NCBI GenBank assembly: GCA_027484965.1
Contig: JAIXRY010000003.1
Span: 1-52,022, forward strand
Source of the DNA: a bacterium
Lineage (GTDB): Bacteria > Patescibacteriota > Minisyncoccia > Phycocordibacterales > UBA9973
Length of the DNA stretch: 52,022 nt
Reading direction: 5' to 3'
The translations under genes and the position numbers were made by a program. The notes beneath the pieces were generated by a model, which was given only the letters and a program-made list of their open reading frames with translations, did no database searches and was not told the DNA's origin. Numbering within the stretch: position 1 is the stretch's first letter; the number at the start of each line of letters is the position of its first letter. This document shows positions 14,936-22,890 of this stretch, in pieces.

Positions 14936-16972
14936 TTAAATATCCAAATTTGCCATTTTTGCGTGAGACTGAATAAATGCTTTACGTGGTGGAACTTCAT
15001 TACCCATCAACATATCAAACACTTTATTTGCCTCTTCTGCATCTTCAACAGCAACTTGTTTCAAAATACGTTTTGTAACATCCATTGTTGTTTCTTGAAG
15101 TTCTTCAGCGTTCATCTCTCCAAGACCTTTGTAACGTTGAATAGAAATTTTTACAGAGCGCTTTCCTTTTATTTCTTCTGCCTCATCAACTTCTTCTTCA
15201 TTTTCTGTTGATTCATCTACTTCTTCTGCTTGTTCATTTCCTACGATTGCAAATTTTTCTTCGTCAGTGAAGGCATAAAATATTTCTTTACCTTTTTTAA
15301 TTTTATATAAAGGTGGCTGAGCAATGTATACATATCCAGCATCTAAAATTGGACGGAAGTAACGGAAAAATAGTGTAAGAATAAGAGTACGAATATGGGC
15401 TCCGTCCACATCAGCATCCGTTGCTAGAATTATTTTGTGATAACGCATTTTTTCTAGATCAAATGTATCCCCAATAGATGCACCCATAGCAACAACCAAA
15501 TTTTTAATTTGTTCACTTCCAAGCATTCTATCAAGACGCGCACGTTCAACGTTCAATATTTTTCCACGGAGTGGAAGTATGGCTTGAGTCTTACGATCAC
15601 GACCCGCTTTAGCTGTACCTCCCGCTGAATCTCCCTCCACAATAAAGAGTTCTGATTCTGCTGCACTCTTTGACTGACAGTCAGCGAGTTTTCCTGGTAG
15701 TGTCATTCCTTCTAGTGCACCTTTACGGAGTATTGAATCTTTTGCGGCTTTTGCTGCTTTTCTAGCACGTAGAGCAAGAACTGCTTTATTAATGATGCCT
15801 TTTGCATTATCTGGATTTTCTTCAAAGAAAGCAGTAAGCGCTTCACCAAATACAGTAGCGACAGCGCCTTGCGCTTCAGTAGAACCGAGTTTTGATTTTG
15901 TTTGACCTTCAAATTGAATTTCACGAAGTTTTACAGACACAACAGCGACAATACCTTCAAGAACATCATCCCCTGTAAATCCACCATCAGCTTCTTTTAG
16001 AATATTATTCTTCTTAGCGTAAGTATTAATTACACGAGTAAGAGCAGTCTTAAATCCTGTGATATGTGTACCTCCTTCTGGAGTGTAAATATTGTTTGCA
16101 AATGGAACAATTTTTGAAGACATATCATCAATATATTGAAATGCAATTTCAACCCCAACTTCATCTTGCCATTTGTCTACATAGAAAATAGTATCTTGAA
16201 CTGCTTTTTGATGCTTTGTATAAAGTTTGACCAAAGACACAAGACCTCCTTCGAAGTAGTATGAAATTGATGGGAGCTCAAGTCCGAGATCTGAAAGCCA
16301 AAATATTTCAGTATCTTTTATTTTTTCAACACATTCACGTGCATCAATAATATGAACACGAAGTTCCTTTACAAGATATGCTTGTTGTTCTAGACGATGA
16401 ATAATTGTATTCCAATCAAATTTTATTTCTTTAAAAATTTCTATATCAGGTTCAAAAGTAATAATAGTTCCATTATTTTTTGTCTTACCAATATTTTTTA
16501 CATTTGCCTTCTTTTTACCTTGTGAATATTCTTGAACATGAATTCCTCCCTCACGGTGAACTTCAGCACGAGTATAGATAGACAAGGCGTTTACAACAGA
16601 AGCACCTACACCATGAAGTCCTCCAGAAACCTTATACCCTTCACCGCCAAATTTTCCTCCAGCATGAAGAGTTGTCATGACTGTTTCAAGAGCAGAAACT
16701 TTTGTCTTAGGGTGAATACCTACAGGAATACCGCGTCCATTATCAACAACACGAATACGATTGCCAGGAAGAAGTACAACTTCAATACGATTACAAAAAC
16801 CTCCCATCGCTTCATCGCGTGAGTTGTCGAAGATTTCCCATATGAGGTGATGGAGTCCTTCTGTACCAGTACCACCAATATACATACCCGGTCTACGACG
16901 TACTGGCTCGAGCCCCTCTAGGACTGAAATATCTTCCGCACCGTAACTTGATTTTTTAGGGGCACTTGCCAT
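14936..16972 (-). CDS. gyrB: DNA gyrase subunit B
   Basis: GHKL ATPase motifs (GLHHLIWEIFDNSRDE, GGLHGVGASVVNALS), Toprim (EGDSAGG, DADVDGAHI) and the C-terminal tail QRYKGLGEMN. Contains an acidic insert, EQAEEVDESTENEEEVDEAEE. Confidence 0.97.
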   Translation of the reverse strand: MASAPKKSSYGAEDISVLEGLEPVRRRPGMYIGGTGTEGLHHLIWEIFDNSRDEAMGGFCNRIEVVLLPGNRIRVVDNGRGIPVGIHPKTKVSALETVMTTLHAGGKFGGEGYKVSGGLHGVGASVVNALSIYTRAEVHREGGIHVQEYSQGKKKANVKNIGKTKNNGTIITFEPDIEIFKEIKFDWNTIIHRLEQQAYLVKELRVHIIDARECVEKIKDTEIFWLSDLGLELPSISYYFEGGLVSLVKLYTKHQKAVQDTIFYVDKWQDEVGVEIAFQYIDDMSSKIVPFANNIYTPEGGTHITGFKTALTRVINTYAKKNNILKEADGGFTGDDVLEGIVAVVSVKLREIQFEGQTKSKLGSTEAQGAVATVFGEALTAFFEENPDNAKGIINKAVLALRARKAAKAAKDSILRKGALEGMTLPGKLADCQSKSAAESELFIVEGDSAGGTAKAGRDRKTQAILPLRGKILNVERARLDRMLGSEQIKNLVVAMGASIGDTFDLEKMRYHKIILATDADVDGAHIRTLILTLFFRYFRPILDAGYVYIAQPPLYKIKKGKEIFYAFTDEEKFAIVGNEQAEEVDESTENEEEVDEAEEIKGKRSVKISIQRYKGLGEMNAEELQETTMDVTKRILKQVAVEDAEEANKVFDMLMGNEVPPRKAFIQSHAKMANLDI

Positions 16973-17061
16973 AAATAATGAATGAAATAAAGGTAAAAAT
17001 ACTATCTAATATGTATAAATTATACCAAATTTTGGACTTATTTCAAAGAGATTTTAATAAT

Positions 17062-17241
17062 TTAAATGTGTATTTTAGCTTGCCAATACAAGTTATTTTC
17101 TTTGTAATATTCTTGAATTGTTTTTAGGTTAATATTATAAAATTCTATTTCTTCTTGAGTTAGAATTTCCATTTTTGAAATCTTTTCATCAACAACCCAC
17201 ATCTTTTTTAATATTTCATTTTTATTTAAATCTTGAATCAT
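17062..17241 (-). CDS. Hypothetical small protein
   Basis: ORF immediately downstream of pheS. The start at MIQDLNK avoids the overlap. No family recognised. Confidence 0.3.
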   Translation of the reverse strand: MIQDLNKNEILKKMWVVDEKISKMEILTQEEIEFYNINLKTIQEYYKENNLYWQAKIHI

Positions 17242-17245
17242 GTGT

Positions 17246-18379
17246 CTAGCGTATTTTTGCTTTATAAACTTCAACTGTCTTTTCTTCCAATTTTTTATGA
17301 AGATTATTTACTTCTTCATCAGTCAGAGTCTTTTCTAGTGAGCGGTATGTTATACGATATGCATAACTCTTATTCCCTTCTCCAAACTTTTCAGCATTTT
17401 CATATTCATCAATAAGAGCCATTTCTTCAGCCAGATCACCAATAACATCACGGACCAAATCAAAGTAATCATTTGGAGTAAAATTTGCCTTCTCTACAAT
17501 AAAAGATATGTCACGAATAACTGCAGGATATTTACTAACCTCTTTGAATTTTTGTCCTAGAATAAGTTGCTTTTTGACACGCTCATCATTTGACCAAAGA
17601 AGTCTAATATCTGGGAGCTCCATACTGATAATTGCGAGACGTTCGAGACCAAAACCGAAAGCCCAACCATTATATCCTTCAAGTCCGAAATTTTTTAGAA
17701 CATCTTTGCGAGGCATTCCTCCACCCATAATCTCAACCCATTTTCCATCAAGCTCAACTTCAATCTGAAGTGATGGGTCTGTATAAGGGAATGTATCATC
17801 TAAGAAACGATATTTCGTTTCTTTTCCAAAAAGTCCTTCCACTATTTCTACAAGAGCTTCTCTCAAATCATCAAGAGTAAGAACTTTTTCAATATCTGGC
17901 ACTAAATATAATCCTCCCATTTGATGGAAGATATTCATATGCTTACGATCAATTTCATCTTTACGATAAACCTTTCCATAACAGATAACACCAAGTGATT
18001 CATTATTTTTTATACGTTCTTGTATATCTCTCTGTCCTAAGTAGTAGTACCACATCACAGTATCGTGAGTTCTAAGAATGTTTTCTTCATCTACATAATA
18101 TGTATCTGATTTACTACGCGCTACATGATCCGGTGCAAAATTAAACAAATCAAAAGAAACTGAAGCAGAAACTATTTCAGGGATTATAATATTATCAAAA
18201 CTTTTCAATATATTTATGCTTTTAGTTTTTTCTACAAGAGAAAATAGAGGGCTTGATTCGGTGCGAGAAAGATCGGACATCGCCAAATATCTTTTTATTC
18301 TGTCTGATTCAGCATCATTTCTTTCTTCAAAATCCTTCAAAATAAGGTCTTGCTTTGTTGTATCTATTCTTATTTCCAT
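17246..18379 (-). CDS. pheS: Phenylalanyl-tRNA synthetase, single-chain type: PheS catalytic core fused to an FDX-ACB anticodon-binding domain
   Basis: Class II motifs GKVYRKDEIDRKHMNIFHQ, FPYTDPSLQIEV and GWAFGFGLERLA. The C-terminal SKYPAVIRDISFIV...YRITYRSLEKTLTDEEVN is an FDX-ACB (PheT B8-like) domain. Confidence 0.9.
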   Translation of the reverse strand: MEIRIDTTKQDLILKDFEERNDAESDRIKRYLAMSDLSRTESSPLFSLVEKTKSINILKSFDNIIIPEIVSASVSFDLFNFAPDHVARSKSDTYYVDEENILRTHDTVMWYYYLGQRDIQERIKNNESLGVICYGKVYRKDEIDRKHMNIFHQMGGLYLVPDIEKVLTLDDLREALVEIVEGLFGKETKYRFLDDTFPYTDPSLQIEVELDGKWVEIMGGGMPRKDVLKNFGLEGYNGWAFGFGLERLAIISMELPDIRLLWSNDERVKKQLILGQKFKEVSKYPAVIRDISFIVEKANFTPNDYFDLVRDVIGDLAEEMALIDEYENAEKFGEGNKSYAYRITYRSLEKTLTDEEVNNLHKKLEEKTVEVYKAKIR

Positions 18380-18385
18380 AAAGCT

Positions 18386-18394
18386 ATTATATCA
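18386..18394 (-). promoter_or_regulatory. Extended -10 TGATATAAT, 6 nt upstream of the pheS ATG
   Basis: Minus strand reads TGATATAAT-AGCTTT-ATG. Confidence 0.45.
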
Positions 18395-18443
18395 AAAAAT
18401 ACCCTTTTTACCAGAAAATATTCTTCGGTGCTATAATTAAAAA

Positions 18444-18536
18444 ATGAACACAAAAACACTTATTTTCTTTATACTTTTATTTATTTTTTTAGGTTTTGTA
18501 ACTGGATTAATTGACAATAAAATTATTAATTTTTAA
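18444..18536 (+). CDS. Candidate 30-aa hydrophobic peptide MNTKTLIFFILLFIFLGFVTGLIDNKIINF
   Basis: Not in the ORF track because it is under 60 aa. Preceded by TGCTATAAT (18429-18437) exactly 6 nt upstream of the ATG. Contains a single predicted TM helix. Confidence 0.3.
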   Translation: MNTKTLIFFILLFIFLGFVTGLIDNKIINF

Positions 18537-21504
18537 ATAATTTACTTCTTTTACAATATTCACATTCATCTCCTTTTCCATATGATTTAAAGTGACATTC
18601 ATTTTCTACCCACTCTCCAGAAGAAAGTGAGTCATTATATTCTTTAATATCGTTTTTTAATAAGTCTATTTTTTCTTGGTCAATGAAAGTTGAATATACT
18701 TTATTTTTATCATCACTATCTGCTTCCAAGAAAAGCAGTCTTGATTGAGAGACTATAGCCCCCTTATCACTTCCTTGTATTAAGTACGAATACATTGCAA
18801 GCTGTCTCATAAGATCAGAAAGTCTTCCATCTTCATCAATCTTCTCTATAGAACTCGAGGTCTTCGACTTGCCTGTTTTGAAATCACTGACAACAATATC
18901 ACCATTAGAAAGTCTTTCTGTTAGGTCTATTTTTCCATACATAGTGAGCAATGGATAATCTTTGTCTTTAATAGTTAAAGAACGTTCGGTCTTAAAATCT
19001 TCTGAAAGATTTTTATAGTAATCTTTTATCCAAGAATTGACCGCCTCAAAGGCATCTTTTTCTAATTTTTTGAAAGAACTGTTTTCTTCACCTCCTTCTT
19101 TCAAAAGTTCAAATTTTATTTTTTCTTTTATTTCTTTATCTGTTGGGAGTGATTTTGATTTTAGAATAAATTCGATTGTCGAATGAACAGCACTACCGAG
19201 AGCAAGGCTTGTTGTTTTTATTTCTGGTAATTTTAGAAAATTTCTAAAATACCATTTCCAAGGACATTCGAAGAAATTATTCAGCATTGTTACAGAAACT
19301 TTTATATCTGTATAATTATTTTTTACTAATTCAACAATATCCAAAACTCCTTTTGAAATTTCTCTATTTTCATTTTGGGTATATATATTTATACCTTCGT
19401 CTTTTATAATTTCTTCAGTTTCTTCTCTTGAGTTTTTTATAAAATTAACAGATGGAATATCTTTTATAATATGTGCAAGTTCGAGATCGTTTCCTGTATA
19501 CCCTTCACTTGCATAAGAAATAGTACAAAATTCTTTTGCACGCGTAATAGCAACATAAAGCTCTCTCTTAGCACTTTCAATGTCTCGAGTCTGCATATGC
19601 TCTTTTATTTTTTCTGGAAGAGTGAAGCCTCCTTTCTTTTCTGACATAAGAACCTCTTCATTCATATGAGCGATCCATACATGGGAATATTCAAGACCTT
19701 TTGACTTGTGGAGTGTCATCACTTCTATTCCTTCGTTTTTACCGAAAGTTGCAAGTTCTATATGGGTACCATAAGAATCAAGTCTATTTATATACTCAAT
19801 AAAATCAACAATACTTGCCTTCTTATGTTTTTCTTCAAACATAGTTGCGAGATGTATAAAACTTCTCACTACTTCAACATTTTTCAAAAGTTCTTCTGTA
19901 TTATTTGACCTATCAACAAAAATCTTATTTCCAACAACACTCACTATATAAGTAATTTTTTCATCAGAAAGAGTATTCACAAAATCTTTTAAAACATTTC
20001 CCCAATCAGATATATCTTTAAACATGGGAAACATGGAGTGCGAATCTGAAGCTCCTATTAAATTTTCTATAAAAATTTCTTTTCCTTTTTGATTTCTCAA
20101 AAAAGTGTGGGCTTCTAAAGTATTTATATTACTCTCACTATCGAGGAGTGATTGTGCAATAAGAATACTATTATTAGGATTTGCAATTATTCCCAAAATT
20201 CTCAAAAATACATCTGTTTGTTTCTGAGAGAAAAGTGAAATACTCTTCCCTGAAGATATAGGTAAGCCTAAGGAAGCAAGCGTTGTTATAGCACTTCTCA
20301 CATGATAGTTCTTAGGAATAAGAATTGCACACTCTTTTGGATTAACACCTTTATCTATCAATTTTTTGAAATAAACACCAGCTCCTAATATTTCATCACG
20401 AGGATATACATACTCATTTAAAGATACAAGAGTTTCACCTTTTTTATTACTGTTTAATTTATCTTTTGTAATAGAACTAGAAAGTAAAGTATCAGCAAGA
20501 GAAAGTATTGGCGCAGTTGAACGATAATTTTCTTTTAAGGTTATCAATTTTGCTTTACCGAACATATGTGCAAATTCTTCAAAATAGGACAGTGAAGCAC
20601 CAGAAAATCCGTATATTAGCTGCCTGTCATCTCCTACAACAAAAATATTTGGTTGTTCAACATCACTCCAAACAGCCTTAAGAAAACTGTTTTGCACATT
20701 ACTTGAGTCTTGATGTTCATCTACAAGAATGTATAAATAATTCTCTCTTATATCATCTCTTACGTCATCGAACTTTTCTGCCAAATCAACAACATATTCA
20801 AGAACATCGTCATAATCCATTAGACACTCTTCTTTCTTTTTTTGTTCGTATAATTTATAAAATTCTACAACTTCTTTTGTACGAGAAAGTGATTCAATCT
20901 TTTTTATGATTTCTTTTTTGAGATTACCTTTTGATTCTCCGCGACTAGATATACTGTCTGGATCTTTTTCTAATTTTACAATTTCACTTTCTACTTCTTC
21001 CAAAAATATTGCAGGTGTAATTCTCTCTCTTTTTAAAATTGAGACTAGCTGATTTATTTCTTTGAAATAAAGAGATGGGTCAGTACGGGGTCTTAAATAT
21101 TCAAAATCATTAGTATGTAAAATATCATCAATTAGAAAGACTTTCTCATCATCAGATAAAAGTGATGGCATTTTTTTGAAATCTAACAATTCATAATATT
21201 TTTCAACCATCGAAATGGCAAAACTATGAAATGTAGAAATCTTAACCTTATAGGCTTCTGTACCTATATAAGACTCAAGACGTGTTCTCATAGCTTCAAC
21301 TCCAGAGTTTGTAAAGGTAAGACACAATATATCTTCTGGTTTAGAGTCTGTATTTTTTAGGATATACGCAATACGAAGAGCGAGTACCTGTGTCTTTCCT
21401 GTTCCAGGACCAGCAACAACCATTACAGGGCCGTCTATAGTCTGTACAGCCTTTTTTTGGTCTATATTGAGGTCTTTATACTTTTCTTCAAATAGTTCAA
21501 ACAT
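18526..21504 (-). CDS. UvrD/PcrA-type SF1 helicase fused to a C-terminal PD-(D/E)XK (Cas4/AddB-like) nuclease with four Cys
   Basis: Walker A GPGTGKTQV, DEHQDS, VGDDRQLIYGF and TLHKSKGLEY. C-terminal FECPWKWYF...DLTE...SDFKTGK...QLAMYSYL...CHFKSYGKGDECEYC. Confidence 0.85.
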   Translation of the reverse strand: MFELFEEKYKDLNIDQKKAVQTIDGPVMVVAGPGTGKTQVLALRIAYILKNTDSKPEDILCLTFTNSGVEAMRTRLESYIGTEAYKVKISTFHSFAISMVEKYYELLDFKKMPSLLSDDEKVFLIDDILHTNDFEYLRPRTDPSLYFKEINQLVSILKRERITPAIFLEEVESEIVKLEKDPDSISSRGESKGNLKKEIIKKIESLSRTKEVVEFYKLYEQKKKEECLMDYDDVLEYVVDLAEKFDDVRDDIRENYLYILVDEHQDSSNVQNSFLKAVWSDVEQPNIFVVGDDRQLIYGFSGASLSYFEEFAHMFGKAKLITLKENYRSTAPILSLADTLLSSSITKDKLNSNKKGETLVSLNEYVYPRDEILGAGVYFKKLIDKGVNPKECAILIPKNYHVRSAITTLASLGLPISSGKSISLFSQKQTDVFLRILGIIANPNNSILIAQSLLDSESNINTLEAHTFLRNQKGKEIFIENLIGASDSHSMFPMFKDISDWGNVLKDFVNTLSDEKITYIVSVVGNKIFVDRSNNTEELLKNVEVVRSFIHLATMFEEKHKKASIVDFIEYINRLDSYGTHIELATFGKNEGIEVMTLHKSKGLEYSHVWIAHMNEEVLMSEKKGGFTLPEKIKEHMQTRDIESAKRELYVAITRAKEFCTISYASEGYTGNDLELAHIIKDIPSVNFIKNSREETEEIIKDEGINIYTQNENREISKGVLDIVELVKNNYTDIKVSVTMLNNFFECPWKWYFRNFLKLPEIKTTSLALGSAVHSTIEFILKSKSLPTDKEIKEKIKFELLKEGGEENSSFKKLEKDAFEAVNSWIKDYYKNLSEDFKTERSLTIKDKDYPLLTMYGKIDLTERLSNGDIVVSDFKTGKSKTSSSIEKIDEDGRLSDLMRQLAMYSYLIQGSDKGAIVSQSRLLFLEADSDDKNKVYSTFIDQEKIDLLKNDIKEYNDSLSSGEWVENECHFKSYGKGDECEYCKRSKLFKN

Positions 21505-21598
21505 AATTTTATTATACCAATTTTACCTATATATTATTTTATTGACTTTTTTTAAAAAAATAGTAATATTGTAAATGGACATTTAAAATAAAATAACA

Positions 21599-21982
21599 AT
21601 GAATGAAAAAAGACGAAGAACTGCAGAAACACACGCTATTCAACAAACTGGAATCGAGAAGATAGATAACTATCTTAAAGAAATGCATAATCTAAAAAAT
21701 ATGCCAGAACAAATTTCACAAGAAGATAATGTTTATATAAACAAAATATTCAGTGAAAAACAACTAACAATCGAGGATTACCAGATTAGAGGACTTAAGT
21801 GCCAGAGATTAAAACTTTCAAAAGAAGAAAGGGTGTTTGCGATTAATTCAGTTTTAAGAGGTTATAAGAAAGTTGAACAGATTACCGAAGAGACTGAACC
21901 TGACAAAGAAATGGTCAAATCTTCAGGTAGAGGTGATAACTGGCTGAAAAACCAACGAGTGTCAGCAGCTCAAACAACCTAA
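21599..21982 (+). CDS. Hypothetical protein (127 aa)
   Basis: Isolated plus-strand ORF followed by a terminator. No family recognised. Confidence 0.4.
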   Translation: MNEKRRRTAETHAIQQTGIEKIDNYLKEMHNLKNMPEQISQEDNVYINKIFSEKQLTIEDYQIRGLKCQRLKLSKEERVFAINSVLRGYKKVEQITEETEPDKEMVKSSGRGDNWLKNQRVSAAQTT

Positions 21983-21983
21983 C

Positions 21984-22010
21984 AAAAACCCCGCATTACT
22001 GCGGGGATTT
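21984..22010. terminator. Bidirectional terminator CCCCGC/ATTACT/GCGGGG with flanking A and T runs
   Basis: Read directly between convergent genes. Confidence 0.7.
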
Positions 22011-22013
22011 ATT

Positions 22014-22532
22014 TTACATATGAGGATTTTCTGTTGGAGATTTTTCTTCTGAAGGAGATTCAGGTTCATGACAATCGCATCCGCAAGAAGAATTACACAC
22101 ACCATCTTCACAAGGACAAGTCCCTTCACAACTTCCATTTTTACATGCACATCCAAGAGCATATTTACCAGGACCAGAAAACACTATGCCGAGAGTGAGG
22201 GCGAGTATTGCAAGATCAAGTTCTGCTTTTTGAAAAGGAGAACCTAATTTTGTTGTAAAAATAGCAACAATCATAATAATGGCAAGTAAAGTACCAAAAA
22301 CACCAGTCCAAAGACCAAGAAGCATCATCGTACCACCGATTACTTCAAGAAGTGCAACAACCCATGCCATAGTAGATGCCATTGGAATACCAATAGAAGC
22401 AAAGAAACTTGCAGTTTGGTCTATTGCACCCAATTTCATAACGCCGTGAGTTATAAAAATAGCAGCAATAACAATACGCATAACCAGAAGTCCTAATGAA
22501 GGATTTTTACAACACCAATTTTTACAGTTCAT
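22014..22532 (-). CDS. DoxX-family membrane protein with a Cys-rich C-terminal tail
   Basis: DoxX-like helices (MRIVIAAIFITHGVMKL...). The tail GCACKNGSCEGTCPCEDGVCNSSCGCDCHEPE has 9 Cys in about 30 aa. ATG 22532 preferred over TTG 22541. Confidence 0.7.
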   Translation of the reverse strand: MNCKNWCCKNPSLGLLVMRIVIAAIFITHGVMKLGAIDQTASFFASIGIPMASTMAWVVALLEVIGGTMMLLGLWTGVFGTLLAIIMIVAIFTTKLGSPFQKAELDLAILALTLGIVFSGPGKYALGCACKNGSCEGTCPCEDGVCNSSCGCDCHEPESPSEEKSPTENPHM

Positions 22533-22589
22533 AACAATCAATAAATTTAATTTTAATAATATAAAAATTATACCATACTAGACAGTGTT

Positions 22590-22850
22590 CTAAGAATTAT
22601 CTTTTCCCCATTGCCATTTTGGCTTCTCCCCTTTTTTATAACAGATAAATACAAAAGTTCCAGTTGAAATAAGAACAACTAGAGACCAAATAATTAAATC
22701 AATTATTGTATTTATTAAAAAATACTGAATTAAATTCCAAAAGAAAAATAAATACACAAAATAGATTAAAAGTACAAGCCATCCTTCTCTTGTTGAAGGA
22801 GTCCAACCCCACCCGTAAGATTTTCTCTTAAACCAAATTTTATTTTCCAT
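22590..22850 (-). CDS. Hypothetical small 2-TM membrane protein
   Basis: 86-aa ORF. TATAAT (22863-22858) lies 7 nt upstream of the ATG. Confidence 0.45.
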   Translation of the reverse strand: MENKIWFKRKSYGWGWTPSTREGWLVLLIYFVYLFFFWNLIQYFLINTIIDLIIWSLVVLISTGTFVFICYKKGEKPKWQWGKDNS

Positions 22851-22865
22851 ATATATTATTATAAT

Positions 22866-22890
22866 ATAAAAAATCCTCCGAAGAGGATTT
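22866..22890 (-). terminator. Terminator AAATCCTC/TTCG/GAGGATTT plus U-tract, overlapping the desaturase stop codon
   Basis: Read directly. Confidence 0.7.

Noticed and set aside
17062-17274. A possible pheT remnant or small PheRS accessory subunit downstream of pheS
   Set aside because: The 60-70-aa product (…NEILKKMWVVDEKISKMEILTQEEIEFYN…) has no resemblance to any PheT domain that I can recognise. It is kept only as a low-confidence hypothetical ORF.
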